DNA from: an uncultured Chloroflexia bacterium
GTDB taxonomy: Bacteria > Chloroflexota > Limnocylindria > Limnocylindrales > CSP1-4
DNA length: 64,000 nucleotides
NCBI GenBank assembly: GCA_963819655.1
Contig: CAWFXA010000001.1
Coordinates: 576,001 to 640,000 of the forward strand
Direction: 5' to 3'
A model generated the notes under the pieces. It was not told the DNA's origin and ran no database searches. It saw nothing but the letters and a program-made list of their open reading frames with translations. The position numbers and the translations under genes are program-made. Numbering within the stretch: the stretch's first letter is position 1; each line of letters opens with the position of its first letter. Below, piece after piece: positions 47,146 to 58,160 of the stretch.

Positions 47146-47952
47146 GTGAATTCACTCGGCTCGCGGATCGCGCTCCGGATCGCCACCGCGATAACGCTCG
47201 CCTTCATCTACATCCCGATCGGCGTGATCGTCCTCTACTCGTTCAATGCCGGGCTGGTCCCGAGATGGCCTCCGGACGGACTGACCATCGACTGGTACGT
47301 GAAGGCGCTCGACGACCAAGGAGTTCGATCGTCGTTGTTGACATCCCTGCAGGCGGCCGTCGGGGCGACGATCATCGCGCTCGTGCTGGGATCACTGCTG
47401 TCCTTCGCCGTTCATCGATTCCGCTTCTTCGGTCGGGACACGATCTCCTTCGTCGTCATCCTCCCGATCGCCCTTCCCGGCATCGTCACCGGGATCGCCC
47501 TCAACACCGCCTTCCGGACGATCGGTTTCGATCTCGGACTCATGACCATCATCATCGGCCACGCCACGTTCTGCATCGTGGTCGTCTACAACAACGTGAT
47601 CGCGCGGCTACGCCGCACCGCACGATCGACCGAGGAGGCGTCGATGGATCTCGGCGGAGACACGGGACAGACCTTCCGTCACGTGACCCTTCCAGCGATC
47701 GGAACCTCGCTCGTGGCCGGGTCCCTCCTGGCATTCGCACTGTCGTTCGACGAGATCATCGTGACCACGTTCACGTCAGGGGCGGGCACCCAGACACTGC
47801 CGATCTGGATCTTCAGCAACTACCAACGAACGGGTCAAGTGCCGTTGGTGAACGTCGCCGCCGTGATCGTCCTTGCCCTCTCGGTCATCCCGGTCTACCT
47901 CGCGCAGCTGGTGAGTGCGAGGGCCGGTGGCGTCGCCGGCGGACGGACCTGA
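47146..47952 (+). CDS. potC: Polyamine ABC permease
   Basis: EEASMDLG, FALSFDE, TLPIWI. Confidence 0.87.
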   Translation: MNSLGSRIALRIATAITLAFIYIPIGVIVLYSFNAGLVPRWPPDGLTIDWYVKALDDQGVRSSLLTSLQAAVGATIIALVLGSLLSFAVHRFRFFGRDTISFVVILPIALPGIVTGIALNTAFRTIGFDLGLMTIIIGHATFCIVVVYNNVIARLRRTARSTEEASMDLGGDTGQTFRHVTLPAIGTSLVAGSLLAFALSFDEIIVTTFTSGAGTQTLPIWIFSNYQRTGQVPLVNVAAVIVLALSVIPVYLAQLVSARAGGVAGGRT

Positions 47953-47958
47953 CCGGCG

Positions 47959-48042
47959 TCACCAGCGACGCGCGAGGTCACCCACGAGGGCGGCCACGAC
48001 GGGCAGCAGGGCGACGAGGGACTGGCGGATGCGCTGAAACAT
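47959..48042 (-). CDS. 27-aa signal-peptide-like precursor ending DLARRW
   Basis: MFQRIRQSLVALLPVVAALVGDLARRW*; GGAGG 9 nt upstream; fills the intergenic gap; below ORF-track cutoff. Confidence 0.75.
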   Translation of the reverse strand: MFQRIRQSLVALLPVVAALVGDLARRW

Positions 48043-48166
48043 GACGTTCGACCTCCGCCGGGTCCCGGACCGGCACGCTTGACGGCCGACCCCAGTCGAG
48101 GAGTGCCCGGTCGAACCCGCTGTCGCGAGTATCGCGATGGCCGCTTAGCTGCGACTTATCGCGCTG

Positions 48167-48337
48167 CTACATGGACGGCGTGTAGTCCGGGTCGAGGTAG
48201 GTCTGCGGATGGTCCTTGAACTCGAGCAGGCAGCCCTTGCCGCAGAACCAGTACGTCGTTCCTTCGTACTCGACGGACAGGACGGACGTCGTCGAATCCA
48301 CCTCCATCCCGCACACGGGATCGATCTCGATGGCCAT
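48167..48337 (-). CDS. YHS/TRASH domain small protein
   Basis: DPVCGM..YEGTTYWFCGKGC..F..P..Y; AGGAGG RBS. Confidence 0.9.
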   Translation of the reverse strand: MAIEIDPVCGMEVDSTTSVLSVEYEGTTYWFCGKGCLLEFKDHPQTYLDPDYTPSM

Positions 48338-48413
48338 CGGGCCTCCTTGCTGGTACTCCCCAGGAGTATACGAGCCAGTCCCTGCGCGTGCGTCCGAGCG
48401 GTACAGTCGGTCG

Positions 48414-48758
48414 ATGGCGACCGTCGATCCCGCCCAGATGCGCACCGCGCTCGATGCCGAGCGCAAGCGTCTGCTCGCCGAGCTCGGGGAGGCGATCCAG
48501 GCGCCAGGCCAGATGACGTATGGGTCGCAGGCCGCTGCGGCGAGTCAGGTCTTCGAACAGCAACGGGACCTGGCCCTGCGCGACCGCGCGGCGCAGCACC
48601 TGGAGCTGGTCGATGCGGCGCTCGCCCGGCTGGCCGACGGGTCGTTCGGGACATGCAGACGCTGTGGCGAGCCGATCGCCCCGGAGCGCCTCGAGGCGCT
48701 GCCGTGGGCGGCGCATTGCATCGGCTGCCAGAGCGCGCTCGACCAGGGGCGCCGGTGA
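48414..48758 (+). CDS. TraR/DksA C4 zinc-finger protein
   Basis: GSFGTCRRCGEPI..ERLEALPW...CIGC. Confidence 0.9.
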   Translation: MATVDPAQMRTALDAERKRLLAELGEAIQAPGQMTYGSQAAAASQVFEQQRDLALRDRAAQHLELVDAALARLADGSFGTCRRCGEPIAPERLEALPWAAHCIGCQSALDQGRR

Positions 48759-49741
48759 TCGACCAGGACCTCGTCGAGCTCCCGGCGATCAGGGCGGCCG
48801 CAGCGCTCCTCCACCGTGTGGTGCTCCGGACACCTCTGATCCCCTTCGGATCGCCGAACGAGCGCGCGTTTCTCAAGGCGGAGAGCCTCCAGTCGATCGG
48901 GGCATTCAAGATCCGCGGCGCGTACGTCGCGATCGCCGCTCTCTCGCCCGAGGAGCGCAGCCGTGGCGTCATCACCTACTCGTCGGGTAACCACGCGCAG
49001 GGCGTCGCCCAGGCCGCTCGCTTGCTGGGCACGACGGCGGTCGTCGTCATGCCGGACGACGCGCCGGTGATCAAGCGCGATCGGGTGGCGGCCGACGGCG
49101 CCGAGATCGTGACCGTCGGTCCCGCGTCCGACGAGCGCCAGGCGCGCGCCGAGGCGATCGCGGCCGAGCGCGGTCTGGCGATCATCCCGCCGTTCGATGA
49201 CGACCGGATCATCGCCGGCCAGGGCACGATCGGCCTGGAGATCGTCGAGGACCTGCCCACGACGCGTCTCGTGCTGGTGCCGGTCGGGGGCGGCGGGCTG
49301 GCGAGCGGTGTCGCGACGGCGATCAAGAGCCTGCGCCCGGACGTTCGGGTGGTCGGCGTCGAGCCCGAGCTCGCGGCCGATGCCCGCGATTCGCTGGCGA
49401 CCGGATCGATCGTCAGATGGTCGGCCGCCGACGTTGCGCAGACGATCGCCGACGGCACGCGGACCCAGGCACTCGGCGCCCGGACCTTTGCCCACCTGCG
49501 CGCGTACCTGGACGCGATCGTCACGGTCCGAGAGGCGGAGATCGCGGCCGGGGTCCGGCTGGCGGCGGAACGGTCGCGGCTGGTCGTGGAGCCATCGGGC
49601 GCGCTGACGATCGCCGCGCTCACGTTCCATCGCGCGGAGTTGGGCGGCGACGGTGGTGGGGACGTCGTGGCCGTCGCGAGCGGTGGCAACGTCGACCCGG
49701 TCGCGTACCGCGCCTACCTCGAGGCGCCGCTCCCGGGCTGA
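48755..49741 (+). CDS. PLP-dependent threonine/serine dehydratase (no regulatory domain)
   Basis: GAFKIRGA, SSGNHAQ, PVGGGGL, SGGN. Confidence 0.92.
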   Translation: MIDQDLVELPAIRAAAALLHRVVLRTPLIPFGSPNERAFLKAESLQSIGAFKIRGAYVAIAALSPEERSRGVITYSSGNHAQGVAQAARLLGTTAVVVMPDDAPVIKRDRVAADGAEIVTVGPASDERQARAEAIAAERGLAIIPPFDDDRIIAGQGTIGLEIVEDLPTTRLVLVPVGGGGLASGVATAIKSLRPDVRVVGVEPELAADARDSLATGSIVRWSAADVAQTIADGTRTQALGARTFAHLRAYLDAIVTVREAEIAAGVRLAAERSRLVVEPSGALTIAALTFHRAELGGDGGGDVVAVASGGNVDPVAYRAYLEAPLPG

Positions 49742-50814
49742 GGATCGAGGGCGCGCTCGTCCGCCTGGGCGTCGCCTCGCTCGAGCGCGAGGCGGTCGGC
49801 CAGACGGCCCTCGCGGATCCTGATCTCGGCCAGCTCTGCCGCCGCCCGACGGTCCTCGCGGGCGGCGTCCCGTCCCTCGGCCCGTGACCAGCCGACCAGG
49901 ATCGCCATGGTCGCGGTCAGGAATACCAGGTCGCCGGCAACCCACATGAACGCCCCGGCCATCTGCTGGTCGGTCAGCGGCGTGGGGCCCCAGGCGCGCT
50001 GGACCGTCGCGTAGTGGGGATACAGCACGGTCTGTGCGTTCACGATGACGACGGCGAGCAGCGTGCTCTGCGTCATCTGCAGGAAGACGTACAGAGCACG
50101 GACAGGATGTGGCATCCGCCACGGTGCGGGGTCGAGCGCGACGGCCGGCCACCAGAACAGCAACGCCGCGGCGAGATAGATGACGTGCTCGAGGTCGTGG
50201 ACGAGCGGATCCTCGAGCGCCGCGTCGTACAGCGCCGAGAAGTGGCTCACCCACATGACCGCGGCGAAGATCAGCCAGGCCACGACCGGGAAGGCCAGGA
50301 TGCGCGTGACCCGCGCATGGAGCAGCGGCAGGAGGACGCGCCGGCGGGTGCCCGGCGAGGCAACCCGGAGCAGCAGGGTGATCGGCGCGGAGAGCGCGAT
50401 GAGTGGCGCGGCGACGAGGGTCAGCAGAACGTGCTGGACCATGTGGATCGAGAACAGGCTCGTGTCGTATCGGTCGATCCCGGACAGCAGCGCGAAAGCC
50501 AGGGTGGCCATGCCCGCCACGAAGGCGATCGTGCGGGCGGGCGGGACCGGGTTGCCAGGGTGTGCCGCGTTCACCCGACCGACGGCCCATCGCCACCAGA
50601 CCAAGGCGGCGATGATCGCGAGCGTCGGCAGCGGCTCGAACGTCCAGCCGAAGAGCAGTGTGGAGGCGTCGGGTGGTTCGAGAGGCGTCGGGCCGTGCGC
50701 CCCCGCCGGCGTCGCGATGACCGCGGTCGCCACCCCGGCGGTCAGGACCGCCAGCGCTCGGGATCGGCGGCTGTGACGGCGCGCGAAGACCGCTCGGTCG
50801 TGCATCCACGACAT
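49714..50814 (-). CDS. ctaG: Cytochrome c oxidase assembly factor (Caa3-CtaG family)
   Basis: FSIHMVQH, HDLEH, DQQMAGAFMW; divergent from the oxidase operon. Confidence 0.88.
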   Translation of the reverse strand: MSWMHDRAVFARRHSRRSRALAVLTAGVATAVIATPAGAHGPTPLEPPDASTLLFGWTFEPLPTLAIIAALVWWRWAVGRVNAAHPGNPVPPARTIAFVAGMATLAFALLSGIDRYDTSLFSIHMVQHVLLTLVAAPLIALSAPITLLLRVASPGTRRRVLLPLLHARVTRILAFPVVAWLIFAAVMWVSHFSALYDAALEDPLVHDLEHVIYLAAALLFWWPAVALDPAPWRMPHPVRALYVFLQMTQSTLLAVVIVNAQTVLYPHYATVQRAWGPTPLTDQQMAGAFMWVAGDLVFLTATMAILVGWSRAEGRDAAREDRRAAAELAEIRIREGRLADRLALERGDAQADERALDPQPGSGASR

Positions 50815-50972
50815 GGTCCCACGACCCAGCGCACCACGAGTCCCCTCGCGCGTGACGCCACGTGCGTCCCGCACGGTCGGGCGCACGAGACGCCGACGCG
50901 CCGCGGTATCATGGCCGCCGTCCGGCCCGGGCGGGTCAGACGTGCCCGTCTCCCCCTGCACCGAGGAGCTGC

Positions 50973-52139
50973 ATGGCGAGTTCCCCCAGGACCGGCCGCT
51001 CATCCGTCGCGATCGCCGCCCTCCTGGTCGGAGCGCTGTTGATCGTCGGTGTCGTCGCGGTCGTCATCAACCAGGGGTTCGATCCGCTCAAGACCGGGCA
51101 GGGCATCCTCTCGAGCTTCTTCCCGCCGCGCGCCATCACGGATCGCGGCGAGAGCATCCGCAACCTGTACGACATCATCTTTGGGATCGCGGCGGTCATC
51201 TTCTTCGTCGTCGAAGGGCTGATCGTCTGGACGGTGATCCGCTACCGGCGCAAGCCCGGCGACAACGAGCTCCCGGCCCAGACCCATGGCAACGCGATCG
51301 CCGAGGTCGTGTGGACCGTCGTCCCGACCCTCATCGTCGCCTTCATGTTCGTCATCTCCTGGCAGACGCTGAACACGGTCGAGGCGGTCTCCCCGCAGCC
51401 GCAGCTGAAGGTGCGCGCGTTCGCCGCACAGTTCCTGTGGACCTTCGACTACCTGCCCGCCGACTACCAGGCGGGCCAGGAGACCACGCCGCTCTACAGC
51501 GTCACGACGCCGGAGGGCGAAACCCCGGAGGAAGGTGGTTTCGTGCTGCCGACGGATCGGACCGTCCACCTCTATCTCCAAAGCCCCGACGTCATCCACG
51601 CCTTCTACGTCCCACAGTTCCTGTTCAAGCGCGACGTCGTCCCTGGGCGCGTCAACAGCTTCGAGTTCACGCTCAATGAGTCGGATGCGGGCGGCACGTT
51701 CCACGGGCAATGCGCCGAGCTATGCGGGGTCAGCCACAACGCGATGCACTTCGACGTCCACGCGCTGACCGGCGCCGACTTCGACGCCTGGTTGGAGGCG
51801 AAGATCGCCGAAGCGAACGCCAGCCCACCGCCGCCCCCGTCGGGACAGCCGGCCGGACCGACCCTCCAGATCGCCGCCCAGAACGTCGCGTTCGATACCG
51901 CCGCACTGACCGCGCCGGCCGACACGCCGTTCAAGATCGACTTCGACAATCGCGATCCCTCGATCCTCCATAACGTCGCGATCCACGAGGGCTCTCCGAC
52001 CGGGCCCGAGACCTTCAAGGGTGAGGTCTTCCCGGGTCCTGCCAAGAAGACGTATGACGTGCCCGCGCTGCCGGCCGGGACGTATGGCTTCATCTGCTCG
52101 GTCCATCCCACGATGGCCGGCACTCTGACGGTCGAGTAG
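50973..52139 (+). CDS. ctaC: Heme-copper oxidase subunit II with C-terminal cupredoxin
   Basis: HGN..EVVWT, DVIHAF, CAELCGVSHNAM (CuA); extra HN...CSVHPTM. Confidence 0.95.
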   Translation: MASSPRTGRSSVAIAALLVGALLIVGVVAVVINQGFDPLKTGQGILSSFFPPRAITDRGESIRNLYDIIFGIAAVIFFVVEGLIVWTVIRYRRKPGDNELPAQTHGNAIAEVVWTVVPTLIVAFMFVISWQTLNTVEAVSPQPQLKVRAFAAQFLWTFDYLPADYQAGQETTPLYSVTTPEGETPEEGGFVLPTDRTVHLYLQSPDVIHAFYVPQFLFKRDVVPGRVNSFEFTLNESDAGGTFHGQCAELCGVSHNAMHFDVHALTGADFDAWLEAKIAEANASPPPPPSGQPAGPTLQIAAQNVAFDTAALTAPADTPFKIDFDNRDPSILHNVAIHEGSPTGPETFKGEVFPGPAKKTYDVPALPAGTYGFICSVHPTMAGTLTVE

Positions 52140-52149
52140 GAGCACGCCC

Positions 52150-53811
<1,662 letters not shown>

Positions 53812-53815
53812 CGCC

Positions 53816-54469
53816 ATGGCCATCGACGACCACGCCCTGACGACGACCGAGCACAGCCCGGTCGCCGGGCTGGCACACGACCAGCGGGGCGGCATCAGCA
53901 ACGTCGTCCTCGGGATGCTGCTGTTCATCACGTCGGAGGTGATGTTCTTCGCCGGGCTCTTTGCGGCCTACTTCAACGTCCGGGCGAACGCGCCTGCGTG
54001 GCCGCCTGTGAACGTCGAGACCGGCGAGCCGTTCCACCTCGAGATCCTGCCACTGGTGGGTCCGGCCACCGTGCTGCTGATCTTGTCGTCGTTCACCTGC
54101 CAGTTCGCCGTGTGGGCCATCCGGCGCGGCGACCGGACGGCGTTCATCCGCAACATCGCGGTCACGTTCCTCATTGGAGTCGTGTTCCTGCTCATGCAGG
54201 CGACCGACTACGTCGCGCTCGGCAATGAGGGCATCACGCTGGCGTCGGGAACGTTCGGCACGACCTACTTCACGCTCACCGGGTTCCACGGGGCGCACGT
54301 GTTCGGCGGCGCGATCATGCTCGCGGTCATCCTGTATCGCGGATTGGCCGGGCAGTTCTCGGCGCGCCATCACGATGCCGTCGAGGCCGTGTCGTTGTAC
54401 TGGCACTTCGTCGACGTCGTGTGGATCCTGCTGTTCTCGCTGCTGTACCTGCTGCCGGGCAAGGCGTAG
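53816..54469 (+). CDS. ctaE: Heme-copper oxidase subunit III
   Basis: FITSEVMFF, TGFHGAHV, YWHFVD. Confidence 0.95.
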   Translation: MAIDDHALTTTEHSPVAGLAHDQRGGISNVVLGMLLFITSEVMFFAGLFAAYFNVRANAPAWPPVNVETGEPFHLEILPLVGPATVLLILSSFTCQFAVWAIRRGDRTAFIRNIAVTFLIGVVFLLMQATDYVALGNEGITLASGTFGTTYFTLTGFHGAHVFGGAIMLAVILYRGLAGQFSARHHDAVEAVSLYWHFVDVVWILLFSLLYLLPGKA

Positions 54470-54474
54470 CCGCC

Positions 54475-54669
54475 ATGCACCCTCTTCGTCATCCGCGCAA
54501 CGCGATCGTGGTGGGACTGCTGTTCTCGGCGACCGGTGCGACGTACTGGGCCGTCCAGTCGATCGCCGGCTGGCCTGTCGACTACGCCGGCGTCACGATG
54601 CTGATCCTGCTCGGCGTGGCCGTGAGCATCCTCGCGTACGTGCTGATCGCCGGTTCCCCGAACGACTGA
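54475..54669 (+). CDS. Small 2-TM oxidase accessory subunit (CtaF N-half-like)
   Basis: 64 aa, 2 TM, DYAGVTML; operon position. Confidence 0.65.
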   Translation: MHPLRHPRNAIVVGLLFSATGATYWAVQSIAGWPVDYAGVTMLILLGVAVSILAYVLIAGSPND

Positions 54670-54678
54670 CCTGAACCC

Positions 54679-55797
54679 ATGTTCGAGGACTTCTGGAACG
54701 GGATCCTGGAACTGACGGCCAAGTTCGTCATCCCGGACTGGGGCTCGTTCATCGCGATCCTGCCGGTCTTCATCTTCGCGGCGTCGGTCGTCGTCATCGT
54801 CGCGACGCTGTGGAAGCTCCTCCGGGCGCCCAAACCTCGTCGTGGCAAGCTTCGGATCGAGCCCCTCCCGCCGCCCGGTGTCCACATGCCGGGTCCGTCG
54901 TGGGCGCCGGTCTTCGCCGCGATCGGCGCGTTCATGCTGTTCCTCGGTCTCGTCTTCGGCGGAGCCGTGCTCATCCTCGGGGCGATCGGCTTCGCGCTGA
55001 CGCTGCTCTACTGGCTGGCCGAGTCTCTCCGGCTCTACGACCGCGACCTGGGCGCGACGGCTCCCCCTTTGCCAGCGGTCGTCCACGACGGGCCGCCAGC
55101 GGGTGTGCACATGCCGGGCCCGTCGTTCCTGCCGTTCCTGGCCGCGATCGGGATGGCGATGCTCCTGCTGGGCCTCGTCTTCGGAGAGTGGCTCCTGGCA
55201 GTCGGTGTCATCGCGTTCATCCTGTCGCTGCTCGGCTGGATGTCGGCCGCACGCCAGGAGTTCGTCAAGACCGAAGAGGCCGACACGACCGGCCACCTGG
55301 AGACGATGCCGGATCCGCCCACCCCGAAGTTGCTGCTGACCTCTCTCGGGCTGCTGTTCGTTGCCGGCTTCGTGATCCAGGTCGGCTGGATCCCGCCGCG
55401 CGCCAGCGGGGGCGAAGCGGCGGGGCCATCGGGGGCCCCGGCCGAGCCGGGCGGGTCGGGGGACCCCGGGGCCTCGCCGGGGGAGCCCGGCGCATCACCG
55501 GGATCCGGCGGCGGGCCTCCCGGCGAGCCCGTCATCCACGCGAAGGACGTCGCCTTCGTCGAGACGACCATCAGCGCGCCGGCCGACGTCCCGTTCCAGC
55601 TCGAGTTCGTGAACAACGATGCCGGCATCCAGCACAACGTCGAGTTCAAGGACGGTAGCGGTGCGAGCGTCTTCAAGGGCGAGATCTTTGCCGGGGTCGC
55701 GACCAAGGTCTATGACGTCCCGGCACTCGGCGCGGGCACGTACGGCTACATCTGCTCGGTCCACCCGAACATGACCGGGTCCGCGACGATCCAGTAG
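54679..55797 (+). CDS. Membrane protein with duplicated CtaF-like segment + C-terminal cupredoxin
   Basis: GVHMPGPS[W/F].P repeat twice; HN...CSVHPNM. Confidence 0.8.
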   Translation: MFEDFWNGILELTAKFVIPDWGSFIAILPVFIFAASVVVIVATLWKLLRAPKPRRGKLRIEPLPPPGVHMPGPSWAPVFAAIGAFMLFLGLVFGGAVLILGAIGFALTLLYWLAESLRLYDRDLGATAPPLPAVVHDGPPAGVHMPGPSFLPFLAAIGMAMLLLGLVFGEWLLAVGVIAFILSLLGWMSAARQEFVKTEEADTTGHLETMPDPPTPKLLLTSLGLLFVAGFVIQVGWIPPRASGGEAAGPSGAPAEPGGSGDPGASPGEPGASPGSGGGPPGEPVIHAKDVAFVETTISAPADVPFQLEFVNNDAGIQHNVEFKDGSGASVFKGEIFAGVATKVYDVPALGAGTYGYICSVHPNMTGSATIQ

Positions 55798-55818
55798 GGT
55801 CGTCGCCGAAGGGACTCC

Positions 55819-56337
55819 GTCACGCCGCGTCGACCGATCCTCGTCGCCCTAGCCATCGCCACGCTCACCACGGTCGGGGTCTGGTGGTATGTCAACACCG
55901 ACTACGCCGACCCGCGGGCCGGGATCGGCGTCCTGGCGCCACCGATCGTGGGGACGACGCTCGACGGCACGGCCTTCGACCTCGCGAGCTATCGGGGACG
56001 ACCCGTGATCGTCAACTTCTGGGGTCCGTCGTGCATCCCGTGTCGGGACGAGTTCCCGCAGTTCCTCCACGAGCTCGACGAGCACACGGCCGATGGTCTG
56101 GCGATCGTCGGCGTCCTGACCGACGACCCACCGGAGCCCGCCCGCCAGTTCGTGGCGGAGTACGGCGCGTCGTGGCCGACCGTCATCGACCCGGGTGAGT
56201 CGATCAAGCGCGCCTATCGCGTCGTGGCCCGCCCGCATACGTGGTTCGTCGACCGAGCTGGGGTCCTCCGCTCGATGCAGATCGGCGGCCCGATGACCGA
56301 CGCCGAGTTCGAGCGTCATTTCGCGCGAATCCGGTGA
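55819..56337 (+). CDS. TlpA/ResA-like membrane-anchored thiol-disulfide reductase (start unclear)
   Basis: VNFWGPSCIPC; in-frame TM anchor upstream of GTG 55948 lacks a canonical start. Confidence 0.8.
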   Translation, partial: VTPRRPILVALAIATLTTVGVWWYVNTDYADPRAGIGVLAPPIVGTTLDGTAFDLASYRGRPVIVNFWGPSCIPCRDEFPQFLHELDEHTADGLAIVGVLTDDPPEPARQFVAEYGASWPTVIDPGESIKRAYRVVARPHTWFVDRAGVLRSMQIGGPMTDAEFERHFARIR

Positions 56338-56349
56338 GGGCGACACGGC

Positions 56350-57297
56350 ATGGCTGAGCCGGCCGTCGCGATCGATGGGCTGACCAAGCGATATGGCGGC
56401 CGGACGGTCGTCGCCGATGTATCGCTGGAGGTGCGGCCCGGCGAGATCGTCGTGCTGCTGGGACCGAACGGGGCCGGCAAGACCACCACCGTCGAGATCG
56501 CGGAAGGGTATCGGCGTGCCGATGAGGGCACCGTCCGTGTCCTCGGCGTCGACCCGTGGGGCGCAGGACCGGCCCACCGGGCGCGCGTCGGTCTGATGCT
56601 CCAGGGCGGTGGTCTCGATCCGCGGGCACGGCCCGCCGAGACCCTGCGTCAGTACGCCGCGTTCCACCGGGAGATATCGGATCCGGACGAACTTCTCGAC
56701 GAGTTCGGACTGCGGGACGTGGCGGCCACCCCGTTCCGCCGCCTGTCGGGTGGGGAGCGCCAGCGACTCGGGTTCGCCCTGGCGCTCGTCGGCCGGCCCG
56801 ATGTGCTGGTCCTCGACGAACCGACCGCCGGGCTGGACCCCCAGGTGCGGGCCGTCGTGCGGGCACGGATCGAGGCAGAACGCACGCGCGGGACGGCGGT
56901 CCTCGTGACGACCCACGAGCTCGGTGACGCCGAGCGCATCGCCGACCGGATCGCGATCCTCGTCGGGGGCCGGATCGTGGCGGCCGGGAGCGCGGCGGAG
57001 CTCGCCGATCGCCTGCCCGTCCGACTGCGGTTCGGTCTGGCGGCCCCGCTCGACCCCGGCGCGGTCCGGTCGCTCAGCGCGGCTCTTGGGGCGACCGTCC
57101 ACCCGATCGGCGGGGCCAGCGGCTACGTCGTCGAGGACGTCCCACCGAGCCCCGCCCTGATGGTGGCGCTTGCCACGTGGTGTGCGTCGGAGAGTCGGCT
57201 CATCACCGACGCGCGGGCGGCAGGCGGGACGCTCGAGGAGGCGTACCTGGCACTCGTTGGCACGGCGACGGCGGGTGGGGACGAGGCGGCGGCATGA
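56350..57297 (+). CDS. ABC-2 type exporter ATP-binding protein
   Basis: [18 protein letters not shown]. Confidence 0.93.
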   Translation: MAEPAVAIDGLTKRYGGRTVVADVSLEVRPGEIVVLLGPNGAGKTTTVEIAEGYRRADEGTVRVLGVDPWGAGPAHRARVGLMLQGGGLDPRARPAETLRQYAAFHREISDPDELLDEFGLRDVAATPFRRLSGGERQRLGFALALVGRPDVLVLDEPTAGLDPQVRAVVRARIEAERTRGTAVLVTTHELGDAERIADRIAILVGGRIVAAGSAAELADRLPVRLRFGLAAPLDPGAVRSLSAALGATVHPIGGASGYVVEDVPPSPALMVALATWCASESRLITDARAAGGTLEEAYLALVGTATAGGDEAAA

Positions 57298-58046
57298 GTC
57301 AACCCGCGAGCTTCGGCCAAGCCGTCCGCGCCCAGGCGACGATGGAAGCGCGGCTGACGGCGCGTCGCGGCGAGAACCTGCTGGCGATGGTCGGGCTCCC
57401 CGTGGCGGCCCTGGTCTTCTTCGGGCTCGTCGCGACCCCGGCTGGGCGGGACCCGACAGTCCTGCTGCCGGCCGTGCTTGCACTCGCGATCGTCGCGAGC
57501 GGACTGGTGAACCTCGGGATCGCGACCGCCTATGAGCGCGGCTATGGCGTGCTCAAGCGGCTCGGCGGATCGCCGCTCGGCCGCAGGGGTCTGCTGGTCG
57601 CGAAGCTGGCGGTGGTCGCCTCCATCGCCGTGGCGCAGGTCGTGGCTCTTCTCGCCCTGGCGTGGATCGTGCTCGGCTGGCGGCCAGGTCCGGAGGCCTC
57701 TGTCATCGGCCTGGTCGTGGCCGTCGGCGTGACGACGCTCGTCGGGGCAGCGGCGTTCGCCTCTCTCGGCCTGCTGATCGCAGGCACGGTTCGACCCGAG
57801 GGCGCGCTCGTGCTCGCGAACGCGCTGTTCCTTGTCGCCCTCATGGTCGGCGGCGTGCTGGTCCCGGTCCAGGACCTGCCGGGGCCGCTGGCGTCGATCG
57901 CCGGTCTGCTGCCCGTCGGTGCTCTCGCCGAAGCGTTCCGCGCATCACTCGGGTTTGGTGGGAGCCTCGCGATCAACCTCGGGATCGTCGCCGCGTGGGG
58001 CGTGGCGGCCCTTGTCGGCGCCGCACGGACCTTCCGCTGGGAGTGA
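57294..58046 (+). CDS. ABC-2 type permease
   Basis: ERGYGVLKRL..SPL, 6 TM, FRWE. Confidence 0.9.
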   Translation: MSQPASFGQAVRAQATMEARLTARRGENLLAMVGLPVAALVFFGLVATPAGRDPTVLLPAVLALAIVASGLVNLGIATAYERGYGVLKRLGGSPLGRRGLLVAKLAVVASIAVAQVVALLALAWIVLGWRPGPEASVIGLVVAVGVTTLVGAAAFASLGLLIAGTVRPEGALVLANALFLVALMVGGVLVPVQDLPGPLASIAGLLPVGALAEAFRASLGFGGSLAINLGIVAAWGVAALVGAARTFRWE

Positions 58047-58086
58047 TCCTGCATATGACCGGCGTCGATCGGGTCGCCGAGCAACT

Positions 58087-58111
58087 GAACCTTTCTCCGG
58101 ACGCAGACGCC
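58087..58111 (+). promoter_or_regulatory. Putative ECF promoter GAAC-N15-GACGCC
   Basis: Same motif and spacing recur at 60055-60079. Confidence 0.65.
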
Positions 58112-58160
58112 ATACCCTGTCGAGCACGACCGCCGTGGCCGTGTCGTATCAGAGGCGACC

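Noticed and set aside
55948-58046. TlpA + ABC pair as a Ccm cytochrome c maturation system
   Set aside because: No CcmC/E/F or CcsA/B motifs in the window; the permease is generic ABC-2 type
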